This document shows, one piece after another, positions 46,821 to 59,207 of a DNA stretch of 64,000 bases. Numbering within the stretch: the stretch's first letter is position 1; each line of letters starts with the position of its first letter. The stretch comes from Acidimicrobiales bacterium. Its GTDB lineage: Bacteria > Actinomycetota > Acidimicrobiia > Acidimicrobiales > Acidimicrobilacustridaceae. The notes beneath the pieces are model-generated. The model did not search any database. It was not told the origin of the DNA and saw only the letters and a program-made list of their open reading frames with translations. The stretch covers positions 12,262 through 76,261 of the forward strand of contig JAWKIY010000010.1 of the NCBI GenBank assembly GCA_041394105.1. Reading direction: 5' to 3'. The position numbers were made by a program, and so were the translations under genes.

Positions 46821-49504
46821 TCAACCTACCGGGTCCCCGCGGCGTTCGGCGTCGGGCAGATCGAGCGCCGGGAGCAGCGCCAGCAGATCCTCCGGCGGGA
46901 CGGCGCGGGAAGAGGTAGCCCTGGACCCGGCACACACCCATGGCACGCAACGCCTCCAGCTGGTCGACGGTCTCGACCCCCTCGGCCACCACGTCGAGAC
47001 CGAGGGCGTCGCTCATGGCGACGACCGCCCGCACGATCGCCTCGTCGCCCGGGTCGACGCCGAGGCCCTGCACGAAGGACTGATCGACCTTGACGATGTC
47101 GACGGGGAACTGCTTGAGGTACGCCAACGACGAGTAGCCGGTGCCGAAGTCGTCGATGGCCAGGCGCACGCCGAGGTCGTGCAGGCGGGCCAGCGTGGCG
47201 AGCCCCCACTCGGGATCGTCCATCAGCGCCGTCTCGGTGATCTCCAGGCACAGGTCGCGGCTCGAGCCCACCGGCATCGATCGCCGCCACCACCTGATCG
47301 AGCAGGTCCGGTTGGGAGAGCTGGCGCGCCGCCAGGTTCACCCGCACGACGAGCGGCTCGGGGCGGGAGCGCTTCCAGGCGCCGAACTGGCGGCAGGCCT
47401 CACCGAGCACGAAGCCGCCGATGTCGACGATGAGCCCGGTCTCCTCTGCCAGCGCGATGAAGGCGCCGGCCTCGAGCAGTCCCCGCGGGGTGGTGCCAGC
47501 GTGCCAACGCCTCGGCGCCGACGATGCGCCCGGTGCCGATGTCGACCTCGGGCTGGTAGTGGACGACCAGCTCGCCGACGTCGAGGGAGCGACGCAGGGC
47601 GTTCTCGAGGTGCAGCCGTTCGGTCGCCTCGGTGCGCAGGACCTCGTCGAACACCTCGATCCGGTCACGGCCCCGGGCCTTGGCCAGGTACATGGCGGCG
47701 TCGGCGTCGCGCAGCAGGCCCTCGGGATCGGCGGCCGGGTCGACGCTGGTGATGATCCCGATCGACGCCGTCACGTACACCTCGCCGCCCGCCACGGCGA
47801 CCGGCACCGACAGGGCCTGACGCAGCCGCTCGGCCACCTCGAGGGGCTCGCGCGGGTCGTGCAGCCCTTCGAGCAGGAGCACGAACTCGTCACCGCCGAG
47901 CCGCGCCACCGTGTCGATCGGCCGCACGACATGGTCCAACCGGCGGGCGACCTCGACGAGCAGTTCGTCGCCGGCGCCGTGGCCGAGGGAATCGTTCACC
48001 ACCTTGAAGCGGTCGAGGTCCAAGAACAGCACCCCCACCGAACCGGGGGTGCGCGCCGCGCACCAGGGCGCCGCCGAGGTGATCGAGCAGCAGTGCCCGG
48101 TTCGCCAGACCGGTGAGCGGATCGTGCAGGGCCTGGTGGGCCAGCTCCGCCTCGCTGCGCTTGATGGCCGTGATGTCGTTGTTGACCACGAGGACGTGGC
48201 CGACGGCTCCGTCGGCGTCGCGCTCGGGGACGGCCCGGGACTGGAACCAGACCTCACGGTCACCGAAGTGCACCGCCCACTCGCGCTCGATCGGGCGCCC
48301 GGTGCGGAAGACCGACTCGATCTGGCGCCGCCACCGCTGCCCCTCGGTGCTCGAGCGCAGCAGCTCGTCGGAGCCGATGAGGTCGTCGGGCCGCACGCCG
48401 ACGAGCTCCTCCACGATGGGGCTGATGTACACGACCTGGAACGCCCGGTCGATGCGGATGATCACCGCCGGCGAGTTCTCGACCAGCGTGCGGAACCGCT
48501 CCTCGCTGACAGCGAGCTCCTCCTCGTGGCGCCGCCGTTCGGTGATGTCCTCGAAGTGGCCGACCGTGTACCGCAGCGACCGATCCGGTGCGCGCACCGC
48601 CGAGGCGTTGATGCGGACCCAGACCTCGGGCTCCTGCGCCCGCGCCATGCGCACCTCGAGCGCCAGCAGGTCCGAACGGCCCTTGAGGACCTCACGGTGC
48701 GCACGCTCGATCTCTCGGTGGTGCTCGGGATGCACGACGTCGAACAGGCGCAGGTCCAGCAGCTCCTCGGGCGTGCGACCCGCGAGCCGGCCGTAGGCGG
48801 CGTTCACCTGCAGGTGACGGCCGTCGGGGCGTGCAGCGCCATCCCGAGCGGGGCGGCATCGAAGGCCAGACCGAATCGCCGCTCGGCGTCGGTGCGGGCG
48901 AGTGCCTGCACCACGATGCCCGCCAGCGACGCCAGCACCGTGATCTGCCCGTCGGACCACATGCGCTCGTCGTCGGCCATGCTCAGCCGGTGAACCCGAC
49001 CAGTCGACCCGCCTCGACCATCGGCACCGCCAGCAGCAGCGGCGCCGTCGCCTCGGGTTCGAGGCGTGCCCACTCGAAGGCCAGGTCGTCACCCGGCGAG
49101 GTGAGGTCGGGTCGGTACACCGCTTCGAACGCCCGCAGCGTGCCGAGCAGCTCCGGCAACGCCTCCTGCGCGATGGCACTCGGCGACACGACCGGGTCGG
49201 CGGTCCGCTCGCACCACCGCGCCGCCACCTCGACCGTGCCGCGCTCGTCGTTGAGCAGGTAGACGAAGGAGCGGTCGGCATGAGTGAACTCGCCGATGCG
49301 GGACAGGGCCACGTCGATGGCCCGACCGACCTCGTGCGCCGGGTGTTCGAGGAACACGGTGGTCAGCGAGGTCAGCAGGCTCTCGAGCTCGAGCCGCTGG
49401 CTGAGCGCGTCGATCGTCCCCGTCCTCGACGCTCCGCGCTGTGCGGATGCGTGATCGCTCACGATCGGGCCCTCGCCCACGTCCCTGCTCCCAACCCCCG
49501 ACAT
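46821..49504 (-). pseudogene. GAF-PAS-PAS-GGDEF-EAL signalling protein (c-di-GMP turnover) with about 6 frame changes
   Basis: The domains are read across five track ORFs. GAF is in 48983..50275. PAS is in 48804..49073 and 47890..49281. GGDEF is in 47400..48263 (RLGGDEFVLLL). EAL is in 46826..47668 and 45352..47277 (EITETALMDD, DDFGTGYSSL, KVDQSFV, QGYLF). The inferred C-terminus SRAVPPEDLLALLPALDLPDAERRGDPVG ends at TGA 46821-46823. The start is uncertain (ATG 49504 or GTG 49462). Confidence 0.8.
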
Positions 49505-49580
49505 GCGCTGACGCACGATGCGCCGAGTGTACCGATGCCTCGGCCGGCGAGCAGCCCGACGTTGGTAGGTTCGGCGTTCG

Positions 49581-51764
49581 ATGACCGAGGAGCACGACCC
49601 GGGCGACGCCCCAGGACGCGGCGTCGGCGGCGACGTCATCGCCCTCGACGGCACCTGGGCGGCGGCGGCCACCGACGAGCGGCTCCGGCGAGCCCTCACC
49701 GACGTGGCCGGAACCGACGGGTTCGCCACCGTTGAGGTGCCGGGCCGGTGGCGTGACGTGCCTGCGCTCGCCGACGCCTCGAGCGTGCTGTACCGCCGGA
49801 CGTTCACGGCGCCCGTCGCCGGTCCGGGCACCCGCCGATGGCTGGTGTTCGACGGCGTCTGCGCCCACGCCGACGTCTGGCTCGACGGGCGGTACCTCGG
49901 CGAGGTCGCCGGCGCCTTCGTCCCCCACACCTTCGAGGTCACCGATCCCCCGCGCGCCGACCGCGAGCACCTGGTGGGACTGGAGGTGACCTCGGCGCGG
50001 CCGGACGACGCCCGCAGCCAGCGCGACCTGACGGGCAGCCTCTGGCACCGGCCGTCCATCGAGCAGGCGCCGAACCCGGGCGGGATCTGGCAGTCCGTGC
50101 GCGTCGAGTCGTCCGGTCCCGTGCGCATCAAGCACCTGCGGGTGCGCTGTGACGGCGCCGATCCGGCGCGCGCCACCGTGTTCGTGCGCGCCGTCGTCGA
50201 CGCCGATGCGCCACGGCGCGTCGAGGTGCAGACCCACATCGGCAGCGAGGACGCCGTCCGCCACGACGAGCGCACCGTCGCCGCCGGCGAGAACTACTGG
50301 GAGTGGACGATCGAGGTGCCGGCGCCGGCGCTGTGGTGGCCGTGGGCCCTCGGCGAGCAGCCGCTGTCGGACGTGGTGGTGACCATCACCGCCGACGGTG
50401 TGCCCAGCGACGGGCGCCGGGTGCGGACCGGCTTCCGAACCGTGGCGTGGCGCAACGGCGTGCTGACGGTGAACGGGGAGCGGCTCTTCGCCAAGGGTGC
50501 GGCCCAGGACCCGCTGCCCAGCGCCGATGCCCCGTCCGGATGCGGTGCGGCGCAGGTCGTCCAGCTCGCACGCGACGCCGGGATCGACCTGCTGCGCCTG
50601 CGCGCGCACGTGGCACAGCCCGAGCTCTATGCCGCGGCGGACGAGCTCGGCATCATGCTGTGGCAGGACCTCCCGTTGCGGTGGGGCTACGCCCGCACGG
50701 TGCGTGCCGAAGCCCGACGCCTCGCCCGCGCCACCGTCGACCGGCTGGCACCGCACCCGTCGGTCGTGGCGTGGTGCGGGCACGACCAACCGCTCGGCCC
50801 GCATCGGCAGGACGCGCACGGGCCACCCACGTCCGGGGACCACCTGGCGCGGCGAGTGCTGCGCGCCACCGCACCCAGGTGGAGCCGCACCGTGCTCGAC
50901 CATGCCGTCGCCCGGGTCCTGCGCGATGCGGATGGCACGCGTGCGGTGTTCGCCCACGCCGGCGAGCTCGCGCCGCTGCCCGGCGTCGACGGGGTCGACA
51001 GCCCGCTGAGCTTCGGGTGGGAGCACGGGACGGCCGATCAGCTCGGTCCCACGCTGGCCGCGTGGCCCCGGATGGGGCGCTTCGTGAGCGAGATCGGTGC
51101 CGCGTCGGTGCCGTCCGGCACCGTGCTCGACGATCGGGGGCGATGGCCTGACCTCGACTGGGACGACCTGGCGGGCACCTACGGGACGGACGTGACCACC
51201 CTGCGCCGACGGCTCCCGCCCGAGGGGTACGCCTCCGCCGAGGCGTGGATCGACGCCACGCACCGCTACCAGGCCGAGCTGCTCCGCCGGCACATCGAGA
51301 CCCTGCGTCGGCTCAAGTACCGACCGGCGGGCGGCTTCGCCATCGCCGGGTTCGCCGACGGCGCCGCCGCCATCAGCCCGGCGGTGCTCGACGACCGCTG
51401 TCGACCGACACCGGCCTACGGCGCGTTGACCCTGGCGTGCCGGGCGGTCATCGCCGTGGCGGACTGGCCTCCGGAGCTGCTGGCGCCTGGCGCCCCGCTG
51501 CGCCAGCAGCTGCACGTGGTCAACGACCTCCGACGGCCGTTGACGGGGCTCGAGCTCGCGGTCGTCGTCACCTGGGGCGCCGGCGACGACACGGTCGTGC
51601 TCGCCGAGCAGCGCTTCAACGGCGACGTGCCGTCGGACGCGGTCTGCCGCGTCGGCGCCGTCGACCTGGTCCTCCCCACCGCCCCCGGCCCCGTGGAGGT
51701 GGCGCTGACCCTCGCCGGCGACGGCGTGCACGACACACGCCGCTACCGCACCCGCATCGGCTGA
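49581..51764 (+). CDS. glycoside hydrolase family 2-like protein (beta-mannosidase-like), divergent
   Basis: Intact 727-aa ORF with GH2-like landmarks NGERLFAKGA, DELGIMLWQD and nucleophile context FVSEIG. The acid/base position reads WCGHDQ instead of W(S)GNNE. Confidence 0.75.
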   Translation: MTEEHDPGDAPGRGVGGDVIALDGTWAAAATDERLRRALTDVAGTDGFATVEVPGRWRDVPALADASSVLYRRTFTAPVAGPGTRRWLVFDGVCAHADVWLDGRYLGEVAGAFVPHTFEVTDPPRADREHLVGLEVTSARPDDARSQRDLTGSLWHRPSIEQAPNPGGIWQSVRVESSGPVRIKHLRVRCDGADPARATVFVRAVVDADAPRRVEVQTHIGSEDAVRHDERTVAAGENYWEWTIEVPAPALWWPWALGEQPLSDVVVTITADGVPSDGRRVRTGFRTVAWRNGVLTVNGERLFAKGAAQDPLPSADAPSGCGAAQVVQLARDAGIDLLRLRAHVAQPELYAAADELGIMLWQDLPLRWGYARTVRAEARRLARATVDRLAPHPSVVAWCGHDQPLGPHRQDAHGPPTSGDHLARRVLRATAPRWSRTVLDHAVARVLRDADGTRAVFAHAGELAPLPGVDGVDSPLSFGWEHGTADQLGPTLAAWPRMGRFVSEIGAASVPSGTVLDDRGRWPDLDWDDLAGTYGTDVTTLRRRLPPEGYASAEAWIDATHRYQAELLRRHIETLRRLKYRPAGGFAIAGFADGAAAISPAVLDDRCRPTPAYGALTLACRAVIAVADWPPELLAPGAPLRQQLHVVNDLRRPLTGLELAVVVTWGAGDDTVVLAEQRFNGDVPSDAVCRVGAVDLVLPTAPGPVEVALTLAGDGVHDTRRYRTRIG

Positions 51765-51935
51765 TCGGCCCGTCACTCCCATCGCTCGTCGCGATGGGAC
51801 CCATGCGCGCAACATCGTGCACGAGTTCGCACCTGACGACCCGTCACCAGTAGCGTGCGCAGCGGCCTTTCGCCCGCTGCGGCGACCTCCTGAGCGTCGC
51901 TGCCGCGTTCGCAGCACGCCAACGGAGGAGTGCCC

Positions 51936-52700
51936 GTGACGGCAACGCAGGAGTCCCCTGGGCTGACACCGAACATCGAGGTTCGGCCGGTCCACAAGCG
52001 CCCGGGCGGGGCCCCGTGGCCGCTCAGCCTCTACTCGACGGCGGTCGGCAAGAAGTGGGTCATGGCCCTGACCGGCATCGGGCTGATGGGCTTCGTGTTC
52101 GCCCACATGATCGGCAACCTCAAGATGTACCTGGGGCCCGAGGAGTACAACGCCTACTCCGAGAGCCTCCGCACGCTCCTGCATCCGATCCTGCCCGACC
52201 ACTCGGTGCTGTGGCTGATGCGCATCGGGTTGATCGCCATGTTCGTCATCCACCTCCACGCCGCGTACTCGCTCACGATGATGAACCGGCGGTCCCGCCC
52301 GGTCGGCTACCAGTCGCCGCGGGACTACCTGGCCGCCAGCTGGGCCGCCCGCACGATGCGCTACTCCGGCATCCTGGTGCTGGCGTTCCTGCTCATGCAC
52401 CTGGCCAACCTGACCTGGGCCTGGTTCCCGTCGGACGTCACCCACGGCGAGCCGACCGACGTCTACCAGAACGTGGTCAACAGCCTGTCGGTGCCCTGGA
52501 TCGCCGCCGCCTACATCGTCGGGCAGCTGGCGTTGGGCTTCCACCTCTTCCACGGCTCCTGGAGCATCTTCCAGAGCCTCGGGGCCAACAACCCCCGCAC
52601 GAACGGCCTGCGCAAGGGCTTCGCCATCGGGTTCACCGCCCTCGTCGTCGGCTGCAACCTGACCTTCCCGATCGCCGTGCTCGCCGGCGTGGTGAGCTGA
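51936..52700 (+). CDS. sdhC: succinate dehydrogenase / fumarate reductase cytochrome b subunit (b558-type)
   Basis: Track ORF 51930..52700. The second GTG (51936) has better spacing to GGAGGAG. Five TM helices with conserved His residues ([29 protein letters not shown]). Confidence 0.85.
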   Translation: MTATQESPGLTPNIEVRPVHKRPGGAPWPLSLYSTAVGKKWVMALTGIGLMGFVFAHMIGNLKMYLGPEEYNAYSESLRTLLHPILPDHSVLWLMRIGLIAMFVIHLHAAYSLTMMNRRSRPVGYQSPRDYLAASWAARTMRYSGILVLAFLLMHLANLTWAWFPSDVTHGEPTDVYQNVVNSLSVPWIAAAYIVGQLALGFHLFHGSWSIFQSLGANNPRTNGLRKGFAIGFTALVVGCNLTFPIAVLAGVVS

Positions 52701-52711
52701 GGAGGCCACCG

Positions 52712-54634
<1,923 letters not shown>

Positions 54635-54662
54635 TCGCCGCCCGGACGAGGAGAACCACCCC

Positions 54663-55428
54663 ATGCGCGTGACCCTGAAGATCTGGCGGCAGGACGGCCC
54701 CACGGCGGGCGGCCGCTTCGAGACCCATCAGGTCGACGACGTCTCCGAGGACATGTCGTTCCTCGAGGTGCTCGACACGCTCAACGAGCGCATCATCGAG
54801 GACGGCGGCGAGCCGGTCGCCTTCGACAGCGACTGCCGCGAGGGCATCTGCGGCACGTGCGGCGTCATGATCAACGGCGTCCCGCACGGCCCCGAGAAGG
54901 GCACGGCGACCTGCCAGCTGCACATGCGCAAGTTCGCCGACGGCGCTGAGATCGCCGTGGAGCCGTGGCGGGCGGCCGCCTTCCCGGTGATGCGGGACCT
55001 GATCGTCGACCGCAGCCCGATGGACGCCATCATCGAGGCCGGCGGCTTCATCTCGGCCGACACGGGCGGCGCACCCGACGCCAACCTGATCCCGGTGCCC
55101 AAGCCGGTGGCCGACGCCTCGATGGACGCCGCCGCCTGCATCGGGTGCGGTGCGTGCATCGCCGCGCCCCAACGGCGCCGCCCAGCTGTTCACGTCCGCC
55201 AAGCTCGCCCACCTGAACCTGATGCCGCAGGGTCAGGCGCAGCGGTGGGCCCGCACCACCGACATGGTCGAGACGATGGAGCGCTTCTTCGGCTCGTGCA
55301 CGAACTACGGCGAGTGCCAGGAGGCGTGCCCGAAGGAGATCTCGATCGACTTCATCGCCTACATGAACCGCGACTACGTCAAGGCGTCGTTCAAGAACCG
55401 CAAGCTCGCCGGCCAGTCGTTCCCGTAG
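54663..55428 (+). pseudogene. sdhB: succinate dehydrogenase / fumarate reductase iron-sulfur subunit, one frame break near 55165-55172
   Basis: [10 protein letters not shown] and [10 protein letters not shown] are in ORF 54663..55553. The continuation [30 protein letters not shown] is in ORF 55150..55428. The Cys of the expected ..AACP is lost at the junction. Confidence 0.85.
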
Positions 55429-55461
55429 CGCGACCCGGCAGCGAGCCCCGGCGGACGGCGG

Positions 55462-56139
55462 TCAGGCCTGCTCGTCGGCGAGGGCGCGCTCCTTGGCGGC
55501 CTTGCGCCGGTGGCGCAGGATCTCGATGCCGACCGGCAGCAACGACACGATGATGATCACGATGATGATCTTCTCGATCGAGTCGCCGAGCTCCGGGAAC
55601 GTCTGGCCCAACCAGTAGCCGGCCTGGGTGAAGCCCACGGCCCAGACGAAGCCGCCGACGACGTTGTAGGTGACGAACGTGCGATACGGCATCTTGCCGG
55701 CGCCGGCGACGATCGGGGCGAACGTGCGCACGATCGGGACGAAGCGGGCGATGATGATCGTCTTCGGCCCGTGCTTGGTGAAGAACTCCTCGGCCTGCAC
55801 CAGGTACTTGTGCTTGAAGATCTTCGAGTCGGGCCGCCGGAAGATGGCGGGACCGGCCTTCTTCCCGAACATGTAGCCCACCTGATCGCCGGCGACGGCG
55901 GCGAGGAAGCAGCCGAGCGACACCGCCCAGATCGGCCACAGGAAGTTGCCGCCAGCATCGGAGCTCAAGAACCCGGCGATGAACAGCAGCGAGTCCCCGG
56001 GGAGGAAGAAGCCGACCAGCAGGCCCGACTCGGCGAAGATCACGCCGAACAGGGCGACGGTGGCGAGACCGCCGAAGGAGCGCAGCAGCCCCTCGGGGTC
56101 GATCCCGATGGCGAAGATGGAGCCGAACCAGTTCCGCAT
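55462..56139 (-). CDS. DedA/VTT family membrane protein
   Basis: ATG 56139 within track ORF 55462..56361. Sequence [22 protein letters not shown] and [25 protein letters not shown]. Confidence 0.9.
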   Translation of the reverse strand: MRNWFGSIFAIGIDPEGLLRSFGGLATVALFGVIFAESGLLVGFFLPGDSLLFIAGFLSSDAGGNFLWPIWAVSLGCFLAAVAGDQVGYMFGKKAGPAIFRRPDSKIFKHKYLVQAEEFFTKHGPKTIIIARFVPIVRTFAPIVAGAGKMPYRTFVTYNVVGGFVWAVGFTQAGYWLGQTFPELGDSIEKIIIVIIIVSLLPVGIEILRHRRKAAKERALADEQA

Positions 56140-56197
56140 GGACGTTGACTTTCGCGTGGCGCCCGTCGATGCGGCGGACGATGGGATCAGGACTGTG

Positions 56198-57130
56198 TCA
56201 GGAGGCCTGGAGCTCGCTCGCCTCGTCGGCGGTGGAGCGCTGCTCGAGCCGCTTGGCGACCTCGTTGAACCCGATGACCAGCACGGCGGCGCCCACGGCG
56301 AGCGCGGCAGGCAACGCCACGGTGCCCTCGGGCGCACCGATCGCCGTGCTGTCGACGCCATCGGGCCAGGGCCACAGCACCCGCATGGAGCCGAGCATCA
56401 GCCCGATCAGGACGGCCATCACCGTGTCGTAGTGCCGGTTGAGCGCCCAGTGCAGCGCCTGGGAGAACAGCGCCAGGCCGATGACGGCCCCGACCAGGAA
56501 CACGCCCAGCGAGACCACGTCTCGATCGGTCACGGCACCGAGCACCGGCCCGTACATGCCGAGCATCACGAGGATGAACGACCCCGAGATCCCGGGCAGG
56601 ATCATGGCGCAGATGGCGATGGCGCCGGCACCGAAGAAGGCCCAGATCGCCGGGTCCGCCGTCTGCGCCACGACGTCGTCCGAGGTGCCCTCACGCAGAC
56701 CGAGCACCACGAAGGTCACCGCGGCGGCGCCGAGCAGGACGAGCACGCTCGTGGCGTCACGTCGCTGCAGCAGCTGCCACGCCACCACGACCGATCCGGC
56801 GACGAGGCCGAGGAACAGCCCAGCCATCTCCTCGGGGTTGTTCTCGAGCTGGTGCTCGATGATGCCGGCGAGCGAGACGACGGCCGCACCGATGCCACCG
56901 AGCAGCGGGATGAGGAACAGCCACTCGACCTGCTTGAGCGCCTCCACCCCGCCGGAGATGTCGAACTTCACGAAGCGGCCGAGCGCCGTCGAACCGGTCT
57001 TCACCGCTTCGATCAACCGGTGGTAGATCCCGAGGACCAGAGCGACGGTGCCGCCCGACACGCCGGGCACCACGTCGGCAGCGCCCATGCAGAACCCGCG
57101 CAGGATGGTGAAGGGGATCTCTCGTATCAC
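56198..57130 (-). CDS. DUF368 domain-containing membrane protein
   Basis: Intact 310-aa ORF with GAADVVPGVSGGTVALVLGIY and ILPGISGSFILVMLG, a duplicated motif typical of DUF368. Confidence 0.85.
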   Translation of the reverse strand: MIREIPFTILRGFCMGAADVVPGVSGGTVALVLGIYHRLIEAVKTGSTALGRFVKFDISGGVEALKQVEWLFLIPLLGGIGAAVVSLAGIIEHQLENNPEEMAGLFLGLVAGSVVVAWQLLQRRDATSVLVLLGAAAVTFVVLGLREGTSDDVVAQTADPAIWAFFGAGAIAICAMILPGISGSFILVMLGMYGPVLGAVTDRDVVSLGVFLVGAVIGLALFSQALHWALNRHYDTVMAVLIGLMLGSMRVLWPWPDGVDSTAIGAPEGTVALPAALAVGAAVLVIGFNEVAKRLEQRSTADEASELQAS

Positions 57131-57205
57131 GAGCCGGACAGGTTAGGTCCCGGCGTCCGGCGAACGGTAGATGGGGATGGCGACCCGAGGGCGGCACGAC
57201 GCCGG

Positions 57206-58169
57206 TCACAGCAGCGGCGCCACCGGCCGGTTGAGCTCGATCCAGCCGACGCCCGTCGTGCCGGCGTCGGTGCGCACGCGGCACAGCGCTCGGGGGAAGT
57301 GCGCGAGGCGACCGTCGGGCGCCTCGAGCAGCACCGGTGCCCAGGCCACGGGCTCGACGTCGATCCGGGCCGCATCGAGGAGCACGGCGAACGGGCCCGG
57401 CATCAGCTCCGGCGAGGCCACCAGGTGGGCGTCGGGAGGCACCACCTCGATCTGCGCCAGCTGCTCGACCGGCGCGCCGTCGCCACCGGGTTGGTGGTAG
57501 CCCATGCTCCACATCGCCGATGGCAGGATCGACACGGCGTGGTACCGCTGGCCGTCATCGAGGCGGAAGGCCGACCACAGCCAGCCCCATGACCACCAGT
57601 CACGGCCGCCCCACGAGTGGTCGCGCTGACCGAACCCGTCGATCTCGAGGCGTTCGGTGCCGACGTCGAGCGTGCCGTGGACGCGGCACGGGATCTCGTA
57701 GCGGTCGAGGCCCTCCGGATAGGCGAAGACCGCCCCGTCCGTCTCCCACTCCAGGTCGAAGGCGAACGGCGTGCGCACGCCCGCGCCCCGCCGGTCGTCT
57801 CGGCATAGGCCTCGGCCGGGTCGTCGACCGCCAGCGCGAAGGCCTCGAGACCCAGGCTCCACCGCTGCCAGGGCTCTTCCACGTTGTGATCGGCCCACAG
57901 GCCCTCGCCGCGCAGCTCGAGCGAGCTGCGGTCGCGACCCATCGGGATGGTGTGGTCGATGACGGTGACGAGCGGGCGGTCGGCCCCGACCAGGCACGCC
58001 CAGTACCAGGTCACCCCGAGGTTCGGGTACTGGCCGATGCGCACGTAGCCGCCGACCGTGCCGGCGGCGTCGTGGAAGTCGAAGTACCAGGACTCGCCCC
58101 ACAGGGGCCGTCGCCGACCGGATGGACGCGCTCGTCCTCCGGCGGTGGCGTCGGACCGACCAGGCCCAT
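57206..58169 (-). pseudogene. conserved hypothetical protein (beta-rich; ESWYFDF ... QRDHSWGGRDWW motifs), two frame breaks (58104-58107 and near 57781-57785)
   Basis: MGLVGPTPPPEDERVHPVGDGP comes first, from ATG 58169 with GGGAG upstream. It continues as LWGESWYFDFHDAAG...AEAYAETTGG. The last segment is RGVRTPFAFDLEWETDG...GWIELNRPVAPLL. Each junction is repaired by adding one base to a G/C run. Family uncertain. Confidence 0.6.
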
Positions 58170-58177
58170 CGACTCCC

Positions 58178-58691
58178 TCAGTGCTCCGGGGGCGGGGTGA
58201 GCGCACCGGGCGACGGTGGGGCGGGGGCGCCACCGTGCCGCCCATCGGACCGCTCGAGGCCGGGGGTGCCGGCGGCGGAGCTGCCGCCGCGCCTGCGGGT
58301 GCCGGGGGCGGTGCCGTGGCGGCATCGCCCGGCGGCGGCGGGGCGGCCGCGCCTCCGGCGGAGGCGGCGGGGTGCCGGGCGCCGGCGCCGGGGGCGGCGG
58401 GGCGCGCGGCTGCGCCGGTGCGCAACGACAGATCGAGCCCGCCGGCGCAGCCAGGTTGGCGAGCTCCTGCATCACCCGTTGGCGCTCGGCGGCGCCGTCG
58501 TCGTCGAGCACCCCGTTGGCGTCCTGCCAGGTCAGCGCCCCCAGATCACGCAACAGGGCGTCGGGGCTCGGCCCGGCGGCCGCGGGTGGCGGTGCCCCGC
58601 CGGCGCTCGGCTGCTGCATGTTGGCCACGCCCTTGTTCACCGAGTCGGCGAGGCTGCTGGCGCCTTGCTTGAGGTTGTCCATCAATCCCAT
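58178..58691 (-). pseudogene. small protein with structured N-terminal part and Pro/Ala-rich tail, probably two frame breaks in the low-complexity part
   Basis: ATG 58691 with GGAGG upstream. MGLMDNLKQGASSLADSVNKGVANMQ...ERQRVMQELANL is followed by a P/A-rich tail. The likely stop TGA 58178-58180 (..PPSPGALTPPPEH) sits just before the RBS of the next gene. Without correction the frame runs into the next gene. Confidence 0.45.
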
Positions 58692-58830
58692 GGGGAGCAC
58701 CTCCGAGAGAGCGCTGCTGCCCGACGGGTGGTCGAGCATGCCGCGGGTCGAGCAGGTCGCGCTGCACTGTATCGGGGGTGCGTACCGTGCCGGCCCGCCA
58801 TCGGGCGGCCACCCCCTACCATGCGTCACC

Positions 58831-59204
58831 GTGCCTTCGTACCTGAGCGCCGCCTGGATCGCAGCCCTCGGCGAAGCCGTCGCCGGCTCCGACGACCTCG
58901 CACGCCCGCCGCCGCACCTCTCGTGGTCGGCTACGAGGTCACCGACGGCGCCGAGGTCGTGACGTACCACGTCCGGCTGGCGCCGGACGGCTGCAGTGCC
59001 GGGCCGGGCGCCGACGACGCCGACGTGGTGTTCCGCGCCGACCGCGCCACGGCGATGGCGATCGCACGGGGTGACCTGCGCGCCCAGCGGGCGTTCATGG
59101 CGGGCCGGATCCAGTTGTCCGGCGACGTGTCGGCGCTGCTCGACCGAGCCGACGCACTGGCGGTGCTGACCACGATCCAACCGCCGCCGACGGACCAGGA
59201 GTGA
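58831..59204 (+). pseudogene. SCP2 sterol-binding domain protein, one frame break near 58900-58915
   Basis: VPSYLSAAWIAALGEAVAGSDDLAR (frame of ORF 58216..58962, GTG 58831) continues as APLVVGYEVTDGAEVVTYHVRLAPDG..RAFMAGRIQLSGDVSALL (frame of ORF 58122..59204). Confidence 0.65.
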
Positions 59205-59207
59205 GCG

